A stretch of 64,000 nt of DNA from Gammaproteobacteria bacterium (GTDB lineage Bacteria > Pseudomonadota > Gammaproteobacteria > JABABF01), in assembly GCA_965237805.1 (NCBI GenBank), contig OZ250153.1, forward strand, positions 640,001-704,000, written 5' to 3'. Positions 51,280 through 60,454 of the stretch are shown here, piece by piece (the first letter of the stretch is position 1; every line of letters begins with the position of its first letter). Both the position numbers and the translations under genes were made by a program. Below the pieces are notes generated by a model, which did no database searches, was not told the origin of the DNA, and saw only the letters and a list, made by a program, of their open reading frames with translations.

Positions 51280-51359
51280 TGCAAAAGCACAATCAACTAG
51301 GAATGGCGGCTTGTGTCATAATCAAGCGGCGTGCGGGCGATCCAGCTCAGGCTCGGCAG

Positions 51360-51674
51360 ATGGACAGCAGACAACAACGCATCGAAAGCACCCTGCGCGA
51401 GCTGCTGGCACCGGCGCATCTGGAAGTGGTCAACGAGAGCGACAGCCACCGTGGCCCGCCCGGGCGCGAGAGCCATTTCCGCGTCGTGGCGGTGAGCAAA
51501 ACCTTCAGCAGCACGCCGATGGTGGCACGCCACCGCCATCTCTACCAACTGCTTGCTGGCGAGCTGCGAAGTGGCCTGCACGCGCTGTCCCTGCAGCTGC
51601 ACAGCCCCGAGGAGTGGGCCGATCAAGGCGGCGCGGCGGCGAGCCCAGAATCGCCGCCCTGCCGCGGCGATTGA
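51360..51674 (+). CDS. bolA: BolA-family protein
   Basis: HLEVVNES..H, ESHF.V..VS..F, RHR, LHALSL, SPPC.G. Confidence 0.92.
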   Translation: MDSRQQRIESTLRELLAPAHLEVVNESDSHRGPPGRESHFRVVAVSKTFSSTPMVARHRHLYQLLAGELRSGLHALSLQLHSPEEWADQGGAAASPESPPCRGD

Positions 51675-51730
51675 GTGTGTGGCAACGAAATCGCAAACCG
51701 CCCTGTGCTAGTATGCCCACACATGGCTGG

Positions 51731-51807
<77 letters not shown>

Positions 51808-51874
51808 ATCTCGGATCGACTGGCCCGATCCTATGCGCGCTGGCCACCCCTCCTCTGTAAGAACCTAAGGCTCC

Positions 51875-53284
51875 ATGTCTGCCACGCGCATCTTAGCTAC
51901 CTTGGGCCCCTCAAGCGCCAGCCGAGCGGCAGTGCGCCTGCTGGCCGAAGCTGGTGCGACCGCTTTCCGTCTGAACTTCAGCCACAGCAGCCATGAATTC
52001 TGCGCCCGCCTGATCCGAGAGGTGCGTGCAGTGGAGCGTGAATTGGGTCGCCCTTTCGGCATCCTCATCGACCTACAAGGCCCCAAACTGCGCATCGGCA
52101 AAGTGGCTGCTGGCACCGAGCTCAGCACTGGTGACACATTCCGCTTCGATATGGACCCAGCCAGCGGCGACAGCCAGCGCTGTTGCCTACCCTACCCGGA
52201 GATCTACGCGGCGATCGAGCGCGGACAGCAGCTGTTGGTAGACGACGGAGCCCTGCGTTTTGAGGTCTGCCGGTCTGGCACCGACATGCTGGAGACCAAG
52301 CTGGTCGTCGGTGGCCCACTGGGCACCCACAAGGGAGTCAATATCCCAAATATACAACTGCCCATCGCCCCGCTGAGCGCCAAAGACGAAGCCGATTTGC
52401 AATACGCCATGTCACTCGGTGAGGTGGACTGGGTCGCCCTGTCTTTTGTACAGAGCGCGCAGGATTTGCGTGGGCGGGTGCGGGAATTAATCGACGGGCG
52501 CGCAGCGCTGATGGCAAAGATTGAGCGTCCGGCAGCGCTGGCGGCGCTGGCTGATATCATCGATGCCGCCGACGGCATTATGGTGGCGCGAGGAGACCTA
52601 GGCGTCGAATTGCCGCCGGAACAAGTGCCGATGGTGCAGCGAGACATCATCCGGCGCTGCCGCGCGGCTGGCAAACCAGTGGTGATCGCCACCCAGATGT
52701 TAGCCTCGATGATCGAGCATCCATCGCCGACGCGGGCTGAGACAGCGGATGTGTCGACCGCCGTATTCGATCAGGCGGATGCCGTCATGCTCTCTGGCGA
52801 AACAGCAGTCGGTGCCTATCCAGAGGCAGCGGTGACCATGATGCGCCACATTGCCGAAGCCACCGAAGGGCACCCGCTGAGCGGCGAGGTGCGCCTGCGT
52901 CACTCGATGGCGGTCACCGATTCCAGCTATGAAGCCGTGGCGCGCAATGCGGTCGCCTTGGCTGAGAATATCAATGCCGATGTGCTGGTGGTGTTCAGCC
53001 TGTCGGGCACCACCGCACTACAGGTGGCGCGCGAGCGCCCTCCCCTGCCGGTAATCATCATGACCAACCGGCCCGAAGTGCGGCGGCGCATGACGCTGGT
53101 GTGGGGTGCCAACACCATGCTCGCCGAGGAACACTCCAGCCACGACAGTGTTTTCGCGCAGATCCACCGGCAACTGCTCGCCGAGGGCATCGCCGAGACG
53201 GGTCAAACCGCCGTCATCGTCACCGGCCCGCGCTTCCAACCAGATGCGGGCAAAGGCACAACGATTCGGGTCTTGAATCTATGA
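51875..53284 (+). CDS. pyk: Pyruvate kinase
   Basis: ATLGP, RLNFSH, DLQGPKLR, DDG, KGVN, AKIE, MVARGDLGVE, ATQML, PTRAE, MLSGETA. Confidence 0.97.
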   Translation: MSATRILATLGPSSASRAAVRLLAEAGATAFRLNFSHSSHEFCARLIREVRAVERELGRPFGILIDLQGPKLRIGKVAAGTELSTGDTFRFDMDPASGDSQRCCLPYPEIYAAIERGQQLLVDDGALRFEVCRSGTDMLETKLVVGGPLGTHKGVNIPNIQLPIAPLSAKDEADLQYAMSLGEVDWVALSFVQSAQDLRGRVRELIDGRAALMAKIERPAALAALADIIDAADGIMVARGDLGVELPPEQVPMVQRDIIRRCRAAGKPVVIATQMLASMIEHPSPTRAETADVSTAVFDQADAVMLSGETAVGAYPEAAVTMMRHIAEATEGHPLSGEVRLRHSMAVTDSSYEAVARNAVALAENINADVLVVFSLSGTTALQVARERPPLPVIIMTNRPEVRRRMTLVWGANTMLAEEHSSHDSVFAQIHRQLLAEGIAETGQTAVIVTGPRFQPDAGKGTTIRVLNL

Positions 53285-54097
53285 GCCGCCACCGACTCCA
53301 CCAGCTGTCTCCCCCCCGCTAAAAAACTCCCGCAACTGTGCGCGGTAATCGTCCCGCTCCCATAGCTCGTTGTGGCCAATGTCTTCGAAGACCCGCAACA
53401 GCAACTGCTCGGAGGGGAAAGCACGTGCCAAGGCATCCGAATGCGGTCGCGGGATCATCTCATCGCGATCGGCGATGACAATTAAAGTCGGAGCGCGGAT
53501 ACGCGGCACCAAAGACAGTGTATCGTACTGATCTTTGAGTAAAAGCGACATCGGGTAGAGCGGGAAGCGCTGTTGCGCCACACTCCGGATGCTGTCGTAG
53601 GGCGTGACCAAGGCCAATTGTCCCACCGGGCGCTCGGCGGCCACAAAGGCGGCGATACCGCTGCCGAGGCTGAGTCCGATCACATCGACATGGGCGTGGC
53701 GACGACTGACCTCGTCGAAGACAGTACAAGCATCGGCGAGCAATGCCGCCTGTGTCGGCCGACCCGTGCTGCCGCCGTAGCCGCGGTAATCTGGCAAGTA
53801 GCTGGTGTAGTCTGGAAATTCGGTGTGGAAAAAGTCGCGACTGTCCTGTGCCGCGCTGGCATTGCCGCCAAAATAGATCAAGGCGCGCTGGCGACCCGGC
53901 CGCACAACATGGACGAACAGCACGGCATCCTCTACCGGCAGGGTGATTGAATTCAATACCGTATCGGGGATCACCGGGTTCGGGAAATACAGAATCCGGC
54001 GCTGATTCAAATACAGTAACAAGCCGATGCCTATATAGCTGAGCACCGCAATGTAGATGATCAGCTTGAAAATGTGATGGGGCGCTGGATGAGGCAT
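53279..54097 (-). CDS. Alpha/beta hydrolase (ABHD13/17-like) with N-terminal TM
   Basis: YFGGNA, DYRGYGGS.G.P, GLSLGS, D..IP, GHN. Confidence 0.88.
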   Translation of the reverse strand: MPHPAPHHIFKLIIYIAVLSYIGIGLLLYLNQRRILYFPNPVIPDTVLNSITLPVEDAVLFVHVVRPGRQRALIYFGGNASAAQDSRDFFHTEFPDYTSYLPDYRGYGGSTGRPTQAALLADACTVFDEVSRRHAHVDVIGLSLGSGIAAFVAAERPVGQLALVTPYDSIRSVAQQRFPLYPMSLLLKDQYDTLSLVPRIRAPTLIVIADRDEMIPRPHSDALARAFPSEQLLLRVFEDIGHNELWERDDYRAQLREFFSGGETAGGVGGGS

Positions 54098-54208
54098 GGC
54101 GCGCCTGCTAGAAGATGCGAGGAGATCGGGGGTGCGACGGCGCGGCCGAGGCGCTGAGCACGCCCCACAAAGCAGTGCTACAGCTGGTGACGCAGGCCGC
54201 CACGCATG

Positions 54209-55078
54209 CTAGTTCAGTAGCTGCCACACTGTGTCCTCAGCCCCATCGACACGCCCATCATGACGTAGTTTGATCAGGTGAGCATGCAGGGATTGCTTGG
54301 CCATGAAGTGCAAGCTGGGGTCGACATCATCGTAGACCCGCAACAGCAAAGCGTCCAAATCGTCACTGGCTCGCTCCAGCGCTGTCACCACTTTGCGCTC
54401 GCGACCCATGCGGTGATTGATCAGCCAATCTACCGCCTCGCTGGGATGATCGATCAGGGCACCGTGGCCCGGCCCCAGCCAGCTCAGCGAATAGTCCTTG
54501 AGCAGGCGCAACGAAGCCAAATAATCGCTCATATCGCCGTGCGGTGGGATGATGACCACAGTGGAGCCATTCATGATATGGTCACCAGTGAATAATAACT
54601 TCTCCCGCTCCAACAGATAGCAGAAATGGTTGGCGACATGCCCCGGCGTGTGCAGGGCGCGCAACGCACAACCCGGCAATTGCAGCAATTCGCCGTGCGA
54701 CGGCCTGCGCTGCGGCACAAAACTTTCGTCTTGGAAACCGTCGTTGGGCTCCAGCCGGACACCGATACACTCCGCACCAGTGGCCTCGCGCAACGGTGCC
54801 GCCGCTGGCGAATGATCCGGATGCGTATGGGTGACGACGATGTGGCTCAGGCGGCCGCCTGCCGCCGCGAGGATGGCGTCGATATGGCTCGGCAAGGCAG
54901 GGCCCGGATCCAATACCACATCGGCGTCCTCCCCGAGCAGATAGCTGTTCGTGCCGGGGCCGGTCAGCGGCCCGCCATTGGGAGCCGTCACGCGACACAC
55001 TCCGGGCATCAGCGCGACCGCTTGGCCAGGAATCACCTCGGCCGACGGTGTCGCAGCTGTCGTAGTCGAACCGCTCAT
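54209..55078 (-). CDS. MBL-fold metallo-hydrolase (LACTB2-like)
   Basis: TGPGTNSY, THTHPDH, HTPGH, GDH, PGHG. Confidence 0.9.
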   Translation of the reverse strand: MSGSTTTAATPSAEVIPGQAVALMPGVCRVTAPNGGPLTGPGTNSYLLGEDADVVLDPGPALPSHIDAILAAAGGRLSHIVVTHTHPDHSPAAAPLREATGAECIGVRLEPNDGFQDESFVPQRRPSHGELLQLPGCALRALHTPGHVANHFCYLLEREKLLFTGDHIMNGSTVVIIPPHGDMSDYLASLRLLKDYSLSWLGPGHGALIDHPSEAVDWLINHRMGRERKVVTALERASDDLDALLLRVYDDVDPSLHFMAKQSLHAHLIKLRHDGRVDGAEDTVWQLLN

Positions 55079-55119
55079 GCCATCATCACTGCGTCGCGCA
55101 AGCGCCTAGCCAACCACAG

Positions 55120-56322
55120 CTACAGCTCGATCAAACCGGGAATCGCCACCACCGGATCCACTGCGGCACGGTAATCCACCCCTGGCTGGGCAAAGCCGAA
55201 CAAGCTAAGGAATTCTTGCTGATAACCAGCAAAATCAGCTAGCTCTGCCAAATTCTCGGTGCTCACCAAAGGCCACAGGCGCTCCACCTCCCGCTGCACC
55301 TCGGGCAGTAATTCGATGCCATCTCGGCGCAGGCGACCCTCACTGTCGACGCATTCTGGCTCCTGCCCGTACCACTGGCGCAACAGACCATTGATCTGCT
55401 CGATGCAACCCTCGTGGCTGCCGCGCTCTTTCATCACCTTGAACAACAGCGACAAGTACAACGGCATGATCGGAATCGCCGAACTGGCTTGGGTGACCAC
55501 CGCCTTCAACACGGCGACGCGCGCCTCGCCAGCAGGTGCCAAACGCTGGGTCAACAGACTGCAGACCCGATCCAAATCCTGCTTGGCCACACCGATGGTG
55601 GCATGTCCGTAAAGCGGCCAAGTCAGCCGGTCGCCGATATAGGTATAGGCCACCGTGCGGGCGTGTTGCGCCAGCAAGCCCTCCGTCGACAAACACTCGA
55701 TCCAACGCTGCCAGTCATCTCCGCCCATCACCGCCACCGTGTCGGTGATCTCGGCCTCCGCAGCGGGCTCGATGCGCATCGTCACCACCTCGCCACTATC
55801 GGTATTGACGCTGCGCGACTCAACCGCCTCGGCAATCGGCTTGAGCGCTGACTTGTGGACCACGCCGGTGTCCGGGTGCTTACGGCGCGGCGAGGCAAGG
55901 CTGTAGACCACCAGATCCAGCGGTGCCAGCGCGGCATCCTCGCGCAACAAGCCCACTACCCGATCCTTCAACTCGTCGGAGAAAGCGTCACCGTTAAGGC
56001 TGAGGGCATGGTGCCCCGCTGCCGCTGCAGCCCGATGGAAAGCCGCGCTGTGGTACCAGCCAGCAGAGCCGGAGCGTCCCGGTGCACCGGGACGCTCCAA
56101 GAAGACACCGAGAGTGGCGGCACCGCCACCGAAAGCTGCGCTGACACGCGAAGCCAAACCATAGCCGGTCGAGGCTCCGATGACCAGCACCCGCGATGGA
56201 CCGCCGCGGAGCTCGCCGCGGCTACGCACGACATCAATTTGGCGCTGCAGGGCAGCGGCGCAACCGACTGGGTGTGCCGTAACGCAAACAAAACCGCGCA
56301 CTTTGGGTTCGATGACCATCAT
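55120..56322 (-). CDS. fabV: Enoyl-ACP / trans-2-enoyl-CoA reductase FabV
   Basis: P..RGF.C..AHP.GC, GASTGYGLASR, GDAFS, YSLASPRR, VMGG.DW, VVTQASSAIP. Confidence 0.95.
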   Translation of the reverse strand: MMVIEPKVRGFVCVTAHPVGCAAALQRQIDVVRSRGELRGGPSRVLVIGASTGYGLASRVSAAFGGGAATLGVFLERPGAPGRSGSAGWYHSAAFHRAAAAAGHHALSLNGDAFSDELKDRVVGLLREDAALAPLDLVVYSLASPRRKHPDTGVVHKSALKPIAEAVESRSVNTDSGEVVTMRIEPAAEAEITDTVAVMGGDDWQRWIECLSTEGLLAQHARTVAYTYIGDRLTWPLYGHATIGVAKQDLDRVCSLLTQRLAPAGEARVAVLKAVVTQASSAIPIMPLYLSLLFKVMKERGSHEGCIEQINGLLRQWYGQEPECVDSEGRLRRDGIELLPEVQREVERLWPLVSTENLAELADFAGYQQEFLSLFGFAQPGVDYRAAVDPVVAIPGLIEL

Positions 56323-57716
56323 GACGATGCGCCTGTCTTAAAGGCGGGAGGCGGCTGGCGCTCCTCGCCATTATCGGTGAAAAGCGGCGGCTGTGCTAAA
56401 TCCTCGACCAGCTCACTGAAAAAACGCCCAGCATCGGCACCGTTGATCACCCGGTGATCGTAAGACAGGCTCAGCGGCAATCGCTGACGCGCTTGCAACT
56501 CGCCCTCTACCGTGTAAACCGGCTGCGTCGCCAACCGCCCCACACCCAAGATCGCTGTCTGTGGCACATTGATAATAGGCGTGAAGCCGTGGCCGCCAAG
56601 GGGGCCGAGACTGGAGAGCGTGAAGCTGCCACCCTGCATCGCGTCGAGTTTCAAACGCCCCTCGCGAGCATCGGCTGCCAATGTCGCCAGCTCCTGCCCC
56701 AAAGACCACAGATCCTTGTGATCGGCATCGCGCAACACCGGCACCACCAACCCGGCAGGAGTGTCGACGGCGATGCCGATGTGGATGTACTGCTTGTAGA
56801 CCAGATGGCGTCCATCCGCATGCAGAGAAGCGTTGACGATGGCATGCGCCGACAGAGCGCGGGCCAAAGCGCGCAACAGGAAAGCCACTGGTGTCAGGCG
56901 CACCCCGCGGCGCTCCATCTCTGGCTTGAGCCGCTTGCGCAAGGCTTCGATCTCGGTGATATCGGCTGCGTCGAACTGCGTGACATGAGGCACATGTGCC
57001 CAGCTGGCGGCCATGTTGCGGGCAGTGGCGCGGTGGATCCGGCTCATCGGTCGCAATTCGACTTCGCCGAACGCGGCGAAATCAACCTCGGGCAGCTTCG
57101 GCGCACCGCCACCGCGTAGCACCTCGCGCACATAGGCCTGCAGATCTTCCTTCACGATGCGACCGTAGGGGCCACTGCCCTGCACACGCTCCAGCGGCAC
57201 GTCCAATTCGCGCGCCATGCGGCGCACCGCCGGGCCAGCATAGACCGAGGCAGCTGTCACTTGAGCAGACTCAGTGGAGCGGGACGGCACCGGACTGAGG
57301 CGGCGCGATGGTGCGGTGGCAGCTGCTGACTGTGTTTCGCTCTGCCCATCCACATCCTGCCGACCGGAAGTGGCCGGAGCTGCAGGTGGCGGCCCATCGA
57401 CCGACGGCTCTGCATCGCTTGGCGGCGGACTCCCCACCGCCGGGGTGGCCAGCTCCTCGCTCTGATCGACTGGCTGCTGCGCCACTTCCAAGTCGACCAG
57501 CGCCATGCCCGAGCTCACCTGCGCACCATCCTTAAGATGCACGGCACACACCCGACCAGCCGCGGGCGAAGGGATCTCCATCGACGCCTTATCCGACTCC
57601 AACACGACCAAGGACTGTTCGAGCTCGACCTCATCGCCGACAGTGACACAGATTTCGATCAACTCCACCTCGTCGGCAGTGCCGAGGTCTGGGATAGGAA
57701 CGGTAATGACAGACAT
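56319..57716 (-). CDS. aceF: Pyruvate dehydrogenase E2 (single lipoyl domain)
   Basis: ESDKASME, AGPAVRRMARE, VPHVTQFD, DHRVING. Confidence 0.95.
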   Translation of the reverse strand: MSVITVPIPDLGTADEVELIEICVTVGDEVELEQSLVVLESDKASMEIPSPAAGRVCAVHLKDGAQVSSGMALVDLEVAQQPVDQSEELATPAVGSPPPSDAEPSVDGPPPAAPATSGRQDVDGQSETQSAAATAPSRRLSPVPSRSTESAQVTAASVYAGPAVRRMARELDVPLERVQGSGPYGRIVKEDLQAYVREVLRGGGAPKLPEVDFAAFGEVELRPMSRIHRATARNMAASWAHVPHVTQFDAADITEIEALRKRLKPEMERRGVRLTPVAFLLRALARALSAHAIVNASLHADGRHLVYKQYIHIGIAVDTPAGLVVPVLRDADHKDLWSLGQELATLAADAREGRLKLDAMQGGSFTLSSLGPLGGHGFTPIINVPQTAILGVGRLATQPVYTVEGELQARQRLPLSLSYDHRVINGADAGRFFSELVEDLAQPPLFTDNGEERQPPPAFKTGASS

Positions 57717-57724
57717 GACCGATA

Positions 57725-60400
57725 TCAGCTGATCATCGGATTGGCTTTTTCCGGATCGATCTCGTAATCACGAAATGCCTCTGACAAGCGTGCGGCTTTC
57801 AGCTTGCCCGCGGCCGCCAGCGAGCTCAGCGCCGCCAAAACGATGAAGCGGGCATCGACCTCAAAGAAATGGCGCAGGCAGGCACGGGTATCGCTACGCC
57901 CAAACCCATCGGTGCCGAGCACCCGGTAGGGATGCGGCACAAAAGCGCGCACCTGATCTGCCACCAAACGCATATAGTCAGTCGCGGCGATGACTGGCCC
58001 TTGGCGCGCCGACAACAACTCTGTCAAATAGGGTACCCGCGGTGTGCTGTCTGGATGCAGGAAATTCCAGCGCTCGCACTCCAGGCCATCGCGCCGTAAT
58101 TGTGAGAAGCTGGTGACACTGTAGACATCTGCGGCCACCGCAAAATCCTCACGCAACAAGCGCGCCGCCTCGAGCACCTCGCGTAGCACTGCACCGGAGC
58201 CGAGCAACTGCACCCGCGGCCGGCCGCCCAAGGCATCGTCCTCCTCAAGCAGATAAGCGCCGCGCACGATACTGTCCTCCACTCCACCGGGCATCGGTGG
58301 ATGGCAATAGTTTTCATTCATCGTCGTGATGTAATAAAAACAGTTTTCGCATTCCTGATACATGCGCCGCAAACCATCCTGAATGATCACCGCCAACTCG
58401 TAGCTATAACAGGGATCGTAGCCAATACAAGTGGGAATGGTGGAGGCCAGTAAATGACTATGCCCATCTTGATGCTGTAAGCCCTCTCCATTCAGCGTCG
58501 TGCGCCCAGCGGTAGCACCGATCAAAAAGCCGCGTGCCTGAGCATCGCCAGCTGCCCAACTCAGGTCACCGACGCGCTGGAAACCAAACATCGAATAGAA
58601 CGCATAAAAAGGGATCATCGGGTAGGCATTGGTGCTGTAGGAAGTGCCGGCAGCAAGCCATGCACTGAAAGCGCCGGACTCGTTCAAACCTTCCTCCAAA
58701 ATCTGGCCCTTAGGATCCTCTTTGTAGTACATCACTTTGCCCTTATCCACCGGGGTGTACAGCTGTCCTTGAGAGGAATAGATACCCAGCTTCCTAAACA
58801 GCCCCTCCATGCCAAAGGTGCGCGCCTCATCGGGAATGATCGGAACAATACGCGCACCAATCTGCTTATCTTCCGCCAAGATAGACAATATGCGTACAAA
58901 AGCCATCGTGGTGGAAATCTCTCGATCACCAGTGCTTTCCAACTGACGAGAAAAAGCGCTAAGTGCTGGCACGCGCAATGGCTCTGGATCGGCTCGGCGC
59001 GCTGGCAGACAACCACCTAGCATGGCGCGACGCTCCCGCATATAGTTCATTTCTGGGCTGTCAGTTGGCGGTCGATAGTACGGCACATCAGCAATGTCAT
59101 TATCGCTGATCGGAATGCCAAAGCGGTCGCGAAATTTCTTTAGTTCTTCTAAACTCAGTTTTTTTAAGGAATGAGTCTCATTGCCGGCTTCGCCTACCCT
59201 GCCCATGCCATAACCCTTAACGGTTTTAGCAAGAATGACTGTCGGTTGCCCCCGATGCTCGACGGCGTTACTGTAAGCAGCATAGACCTTGTACGGATCG
59301 TGCCCACCTCGATTCAATTTGAGGATATCGTCATCGGAAAAATTTTCGACCAACTTGAGCAACTCGGGATCTTTGCCGAAGAAATGCTCGCGGGTATAAC
59401 CGCCGTCATTGTAGCGATAGTTCTGGTAATCGCCATCCACTGCTTCATCCATACGCCGTTGCAAGACACCATTTCTATCCTGTTCCAACAACGGATCCCA
59501 ATGACGTCCCCAAATGACTTTAATGACATTCCATCCAGCACCGCGAAACGCCCCTTCAAGTTCTTGAATAATTTTTCCATTGCCACGTACCGGGCCGTCG
59601 AGACGCTGCAAATTACAATTGACCACAAAGATCAAGTTATCCAATTTTTCACGCCCAGCGAGGGAAATCACCCCTAGGGACTCAGGTTCATCGCACTCCC
59701 CATCACCGACAAAGCACCACACTTTGCGGTCACTGTGATCGACCAAAGCACGGTGGGTTTGGTACTTCATCAAGTGCGCTTGATAAATTGCCTGAATGGG
59801 GCCAAGTCCCATGGAGACAGTTGGAAACTGCCAGTAATCCGGCATCAGCCATGGGTGTGGATAAGAAGATAGGCCGTTGCCATCAACCTCGCGGCGAAAA
59901 TTGTCTAGTTGTTGCTCACTGAGGCGCTCTTCAAGATAGGAATAAGCATAGATCCCAGGCGAACTGTGCCCTTGAAAATAGATCAAGTCACCGAGATGAC
60001 CAGTCTGGCCTCCACGAAAGAAATAATTGAAGCCCACATCGTACAGTGTGGCGATCGAAGAAAAAGTTGAAATGTGCCCCCCGAGGCTCGGATCGTGGCG
60101 GTTGGCACGCATCACCATTGCCAACGCATTCCAGCGCACCAACGAGCGAATGCGGCGCTCCATGAAAATATCGCCGGGCATGCGCTTTTCTTGCGCCGTG
60201 CTGATGGTGTTGCAATAGGGCGTGAAGATGCTCTCCGGTGTGCGCACACCACCGCGCCGCGCGCGCTCTGTCACCACCTCCAGAAGATAGGCTGCTTGCT
60301 CTGCGCCGAGGTGGCGCAATACATCGTCCAGCGCATCCTCCCACTCGCGCACCTCGGCTGGTTCCCCCACCTCAACGCCGCTGTTGTGCTCAATCGTCAT
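57725..60400 (-). CDS. aceE: Pyruvate dehydrogenase E1, homodimeric type
   Basis: GGHIS, YFQGH.SPG, SSYPHPWLMP, GDGE.DEPES, NCNLQRLDGPV, GEGLQHQDG, GTDGFGRSD. Confidence 0.98.
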   Translation of the reverse strand: MTIEHNSGVEVGEPAEVREWEDALDDVLRHLGAEQAAYLLEVVTERARRGGVRTPESIFTPYCNTISTAQEKRMPGDIFMERRIRSLVRWNALAMVMRANRHDPSLGGHISTFSSIATLYDVGFNYFFRGGQTGHLGDLIYFQGHSSPGIYAYSYLEERLSEQQLDNFRREVDGNGLSSYPHPWLMPDYWQFPTVSMGLGPIQAIYQAHLMKYQTHRALVDHSDRKVWCFVGDGECDEPESLGVISLAGREKLDNLIFVVNCNLQRLDGPVRGNGKIIQELEGAFRGAGWNVIKVIWGRHWDPLLEQDRNGVLQRRMDEAVDGDYQNYRYNDGGYTREHFFGKDPELLKLVENFSDDDILKLNRGGHDPYKVYAAYSNAVEHRGQPTVILAKTVKGYGMGRVGEAGNETHSLKKLSLEELKKFRDRFGIPISDNDIADVPYYRPPTDSPEMNYMRERRAMLGGCLPARRADPEPLRVPALSAFSRQLESTGDREISTTMAFVRILSILAEDKQIGARIVPIIPDEARTFGMEGLFRKLGIYSSQGQLYTPVDKGKVMYYKEDPKGQILEEGLNESGAFSAWLAAGTSYSTNAYPMIPFYAFYSMFGFQRVGDLSWAAGDAQARGFLIGATAGRTTLNGEGLQHQDGHSHLLASTIPTCIGYDPCYSYELAVIIQDGLRRMYQECENCFYYITTMNENYCHPPMPGGVEDSIVRGAYLLEEDDALGGRPRVQLLGSGAVLREVLEAARLLREDFAVAADVYSVTSFSQLRRDGLECERWNFLHPDSTPRVPYLTELLSARQGPVIAATDYMRLVADQVRAFVPHPYRVLGTDGFGRSDTRACLRHFFEVDARFIVLAALSSLAAAGKLKAARLSEAFRDYEIDPEKANPMIS

Positions 60401-60454
60401 CTCGACCGCCCTCTTGGAGCCCACATCATCACTTGTAACATCGACATTCCAGTC

